Positions 60,427 to 64,000 of a stretch of DNA of 64,000 nucleotides are shown one piece after another. The stretch is from Hydrurus foetidus (taxonomy: Eukaryota). The notes beneath the pieces were generated by a model. The model worked only from the letters and a program-made list of their open reading frames with translations, searched no databases and was not told the origin of the DNA. The stretch lies in contig UYFQ01000001.1 of assembly GCA_900617105.1 (NCBI GenBank), positions 2,542,001 through 2,606,000 of the forward strand, read 5' to 3'. The translations under genes were made by a program, and so were the position numbers. Every line of letters starts with the position of its first letter. Within the stretch, counting starts at the first letter, position 1.

Positions 60427-61761
60427 ATGAAAGTTCGTAATGTGATTCTGGCGATTGCCGCCATGGCTGCTGGCGCATCGTCGCTGGTGGCAACCGCTGC
60501 CTATGCGCAAGCCAAAGAGCAGTACATACCGGTGCTGTCTTACCGCACTGGCGCTTATGCCCCTAACGGTGCGCCCTGGGCCAATGGCTTTGTGGACTAC
60601 CTCAAATTGGTCAACGCGCGCGGCGGCATCAACAACGTGAAGATATTATTTGAAGAGTGCGAAACTGGTTACGACACCGCTCGCAGCGTGGAATGCTATG
60701 AGCGCCTGAAGGGCAAAAACGGCGGCGCCAGTTTTGTGCAGCCGCTGTCAACCGGCGCGACGTTTGCCATCACTGAAAAAGCCCCTGCAGACAAAGTACC
60801 CGTTGTGACTGTTGGCTACGGCCGCAGCGAGAGCGCTGACGGCTCAGTCTTTAAATGGAACTTCCCCATCGCCGGCACCTACTGGGTAGCTGCTGACACG
60901 ATCTTGCAAGCCATTGCCAAAAAAGAAGGCGGCTTTGACAAGCTTAAAGGCAAAAAAATCGCCTTGGTCTACCACGATTCACCGTTTGGCAAAGAGCCTA
61001 TTCCATTGATGCAAGAGCGCAGCAAAATGCACGGTTTTGAATTGCAATTGTTGCCAGTAACTGCGCCCGGCGTTGAGCAAAAAGCCACTTGGCTGCAAGT
61101 GCGCCAGTCCAAGCCTGACTTTGTCGTGCTGTGGGGCTGGGGCATCATGAACACCACATCAATCAAAGAAGCGCAAGCCACCGGCTACCCGCGCGAGAAA
61201 ATGTACGGCGTGTGGTGGGCAGGTGCTGAGCCTGACGTGAAAGACGTGGCCGAAGGCGCCAAAGGCTACAACGCAGTCACCATGCAGCACGGCGCAGAGC
61301 CACAGTCAAAACTCGTCAAAGATGTGATGGCCATGGTGCACGACAAAGGTCAGGGCACCGGCCCGAAAGATGAAGTTGGCCAGGTGCTGTACATGCGCGG
61401 AGCCATGAGCGCGATGCTGGGCATTGAAGGCATTCGCGCTGCGCAAGAGCGCTTTGGCAAGGGCAAGGTCATGAGCGGCGAGCAAGTGCGTTGGGGCCTG
61501 GAGAACCTGAACCTCACGCAGGCCAAACTCGACACGTTGGGTTTTGCAGGCGTCATGCGCCCGATCAGCACGTCTTGCAATGACCACATGGGCGCTGCTT
61601 GGGCACGCATCCATACGTGGGACGGCAAGGCCTGGAAGTTCACTTCTGACTGGCTGCAGGCTGATGAGCAAATCATCAAGCCGCTGGTTAAGGCAACGGC
61701 TGCCAAGTATGCGGTCGACAAAAAACTGACTGCACGCACACCGGCAGATTGCCAGTCTTAA
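60427..61761 (+). CDS. Liv-type ABC substrate-binding protein
   Basis: Signal peptide ending AYA, YRTGAYA, ECETGY; GGAG RBS before ATG 60427. Confidence 0.9.
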   Translation: MKVRNVILAIAAMAAGASSLVATAAYAQAKEQYIPVLSYRTGAYAPNGAPWANGFVDYLKLVNARGGINNVKILFEECETGYDTARSVECYERLKGKNGGASFVQPLSTGATFAITEKAPADKVPVVTVGYGRSESADGSVFKWNFPIAGTYWVAADTILQAIAKKEGGFDKLKGKKIALVYHDSPFGKEPIPLMQERSKMHGFELQLLPVTAPGVEQKATWLQVRQSKPDFVVLWGWGIMNTTSIKEAQATGYPREKMYGVWWAGAEPDVKDVAEGAKGYNAVTMQHGAEPQSKLVKDVMAMVHDKGQGTGPKDEVGQVLYMRGAMSAMLGIEGIRAAQERFGKGKVMSGEQVRWGLENLNLTQAKLDTLGFAGVMRPISTSCNDHMGAAWARIHTWDGKAWKFTSDWLQADEQIIKPLVKATAAKYAVDKKLTARTPADCQS

Positions 61762-61768
61762 ATGTTGA

Positions 61769-61885
61769 ACACCCCCGTGGTCTTGCGCACTTCGTGTCGC
61801 TGCGCCCTCCCCCCTTGCAGGGGGCGGCGCTAGCGGCCTGGCAAAGCCAGTTCCGCGGCCCCCGCTTGCATGTGGGGGCCGCGGC
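61769..61885 (+). repeat. GC-rich multi-hairpin intergenic element
   Basis: Two stems with TTGCA loops; shares ggcaaagccagtYccgcg with 5968-5990. Confidence 0.55.
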
Positions 61886-61909
61886 ATTTTCGAATTAGTA
61901 AAGTAGTCA

Positions 61910-62734
61910 ATGATTGAAGCTATGACGCAACCCCCTCCCATCGTTCTCAACGTCAACGGCATTGAAGTCATTTACAACCACGTGATTCTGGTTTTAAAAG
62001 GCGTGTCGTTGAGCGTGCCTGAAGGCAAAATTGTGGCCATTTTGGGCGGCAATGGCGCGGGCAAAACCACGACTTTGCGGGCGGTTTCCAACCTTCTCAA
62101 AGGCGAGCGCGGTGAAGTTACCAAGGGCTCGATTGAGTTGCGCGGTGAGCGGATTGAAAACCTCTCGCCGTCAGACCTGGTGCAACGCGGCGTGGTGCAG
62201 GTGATGGAAGGTCGCCATTGTTTCGCTCACCTCACGATTGAGGAAAATCTGGCGGTGGGGGGCTACACACTGAAGTCAAAGGCTGAAGTGGCCCACAACT
62301 TAGAGAAGGTCTACACCTACTTTCCGCGTCTGAAAACACGCCGTACTTCGCAAGCTGCTTACACATCGGGCGGCGAGCAGCAAATGTGCGCGATTGGCCG
62401 GGCGTTGATGGCAAGCCCCACGATGGTGTTGCTCGATGAGCCATCCATGGGCTTGGCGCCACAGATTGTGGAAGAGGTGTTTGAGATCGTTAAAGACCTG
62501 AACCAAAAGGAGAAGGTAACGTTTTTGCTGGCCGAACAAAACACCAACATGGCGCTTCGGTATTCAGACTATGGCTACATCATGGAAAGCGGCCGCGTGG
62601 TGATGGACGGTATCGCCAGCGAGTTGGCCAACAATGAAGACGTCAAAGAGTTTTACCTCGGCGTGGGCGGCGGCGAGCGCAAAAGTTTTAAGGACGTGAA
62701 AAGCTACAAACGCCGCAAGCGATGGTTGGCTTGA
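61910..62734 (+). CDS. Liv-type ABC ATP-binding protein (LivF-like)
   Basis: GGNGAGKTT, SGGEQQM, DEPSMGLAP, AEQN. Confidence 0.92.
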   Translation: MIEAMTQPPPIVLNVNGIEVIYNHVILVLKGVSLSVPEGKIVAILGGNGAGKTTTLRAVSNLLKGERGEVTKGSIELRGERIENLSPSDLVQRGVVQVMEGRHCFAHLTIEENLAVGGYTLKSKAEVAHNLEKVYTYFPRLKTRRTSQAAYTSGGEQQMCAIGRALMASPTMVLLDEPSMGLAPQIVEEVFEIVKDLNQKEKVTFLLAEQNTNMALRYSDYGYIMESGRVVMDGIASELANNEDVKEFYLGVGGGERKSFKDVKSYKRRKRWLA

Positions 62735-62740
62735 GCCCGC

Positions 62741-64000
62741 ATGAAAGAAGTCATGACATCTTTTTTTGACGCAATGGAAACGCGCACACCTGCGGCTAGA
62801 GAACAGGCGCTGATGGCCGCATTGCCAAAGCAAGTTGTAAATGCGCAAAAAAATGCGCCCGCGTTTGCCAAACTGTTCAAGGGCGTCGATGCCAGCAACA
62901 TCACATCGCGCCAAGCGCTGGCTACCCTTCCAGTCACTCGCAAAAGCGAACTGGTAGATTTGCAAAAAGCGAGTCAAGCTCACGACGTTTTTGGCGGTTT
63001 CAGCGCCTTGCTGCGTGGGCCCAACATGCCGCGCTTGTTCTCGTCACCGGGCCCGATTTATGAGCCCGAAGGCACGGCCAAAGATTATTGGCGCGCGGGC
63101 AGAGCCATGTATGCAGCGGGCTTTCGATCGGGCGACCTGGCACACAACTCGTTCAGCTACCACATGACGCCTGGCGCTTTCATCATGGAGTCGGGCTTGC
63201 ATGCGGTCGGTTGCACGGTGTTTCCAGCAGGCATTGGGCAGACTGAGCAGCAGCTGGAAGCCATTGCCGCACTTCGCCCGGATGGTTACTCGGGCACGCC
63301 GAGCTTTCTGCGGATTCTGGTCGAAAAAGCGGAAGCAATCGGCAGTGACATCAGCAGCATGAAAAAAGGCTTGGTTGGTGGCGAAGCTTTTCCGCCCAGC
63401 CTTCGTGACTGGTTTACTGCGCGCGGCATGGCCATTTACCAATGCTATGCCACCGCTGATTTAGGTTTGATCGCGTACGAGACTGAAGCTCGCGAGGGCC
63501 TGGTGATTGACGAAGGCGTGATTGTTGAAATTGTCCGTCCTGGAACCGGCGACCTGGTCAATGACGGTGAGGTAGGCGAGCTGGTGGTGACCACGCTGAA
63601 CCCCGACTACCCGCTGATCAGGTTTGGTACGGGTGACTTGTCGGCCATGCTGCCCGGTCAGTGCCCGACGGGCCGTACCAACAGCCGTATCAAGGGCTGG
63701 ATGGGCCGGGCAGACCAAACCGTGAAAATTCGAGGCATGTTTGTACACCCCGGACAGGTTGCCGCCATTGCGCGCCGCTTTCCTGAAGTGCTCAAAGCGC
63801 GCTTGGTAGTCAGTGGTGAAATGGCCAACGACAGCATGCATTTTCAGGTTGAAGCGTCGTCCAACCCGAGCGGTCTAGACCAAAAAATCAGCGACGCGAT
63901 TCGCGATGTCACCAAGCTACGCGGCACAGTTGAACTGGTTGCGCCGGGCAGCCTGCCGAATGACGGCAAAGTGATAGAAGACGCGCGCAGCTACAAGTAA
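62741..64000 (+). CDS. Phenylacetate-CoA ligase (PaaK)-family protein
   Basis: LPVTRKSEL, GTPSFL, YPLIRFGTGD, GRADQTVKIRGMFVHP. Confidence 0.85.
   Translation: MKEVMTSFFDAMETRTPAAREQALMAALPKQVVNAQKNAPAFAKLFKGVDASNITSRQALATLPVTRKSELVDLQKASQAHDVFGGFSALLRGPNMPRLFSSPGPIYEPEGTAKDYWRAGRAMYAAGFRSGDLAHNSFSYHMTPGAFIMESGLHAVGCTVFPAGIGQTEQQLEAIAALRPDGYSGTPSFLRILVEKAEAIGSDISSMKKGLVGGEAFPPSLRDWFTARGMAIYQCYATADLGLIAYETEAREGLVIDEGVIVEIVRPGTGDLVNDGEVGELVVTTLNPDYPLIRFGTGDLSAMLPGQCPTGRTNSRIKGWMGRADQTVKIRGMFVHPGQVAAIARRFPEVLKARLVVSGEMANDSMHFQVEASSNPSGLDQKISDAIRDVTKLRGTVELVAPGSLPNDGKVIEDARSYK

Overview
Chromosomal window of a betaproteobacterium, probably Comamonadaceae/Polaromonas-like (inferred from gene content and repeat family). 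The housekeeping backbone comprises dbpA, gor, amn, purT, nodIJ-like ABC, ohrR-ohr, srkA, a complete gsp type II secretion cluster, htpG, a pseudouridine synthase and a Crp-linked acyl-CoA ligase/Liv-type ABC cluster. Four things stand out. (1) A cassette-like array downstream of purT, in which two displaced, progressively decayed copies of the purT 3' end (one with a duplicate GIY-YIG-like gene) separate BrnTA, VapBC and an orphan gene. (2) A 12-kb multicopper oxidase-SCO-giant RTX heme peroxidase-T1SS operon resembling Mn(II)-oxidation machinery, with the peroxidase broken by a stop and a frameshift. (3) A six-gene, non-canonical chaperone-usher-like surface fibre locus. (4) A ~50-bp dispersed repeat with 15 copies, two lying in frame inside gspD and gspF, where they encode hydrophobic segments. 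No rRNA, tRNA, CRISPR array, integrase or transposase was recognised. All family assignments are from motif recognition by eye, not database searches.
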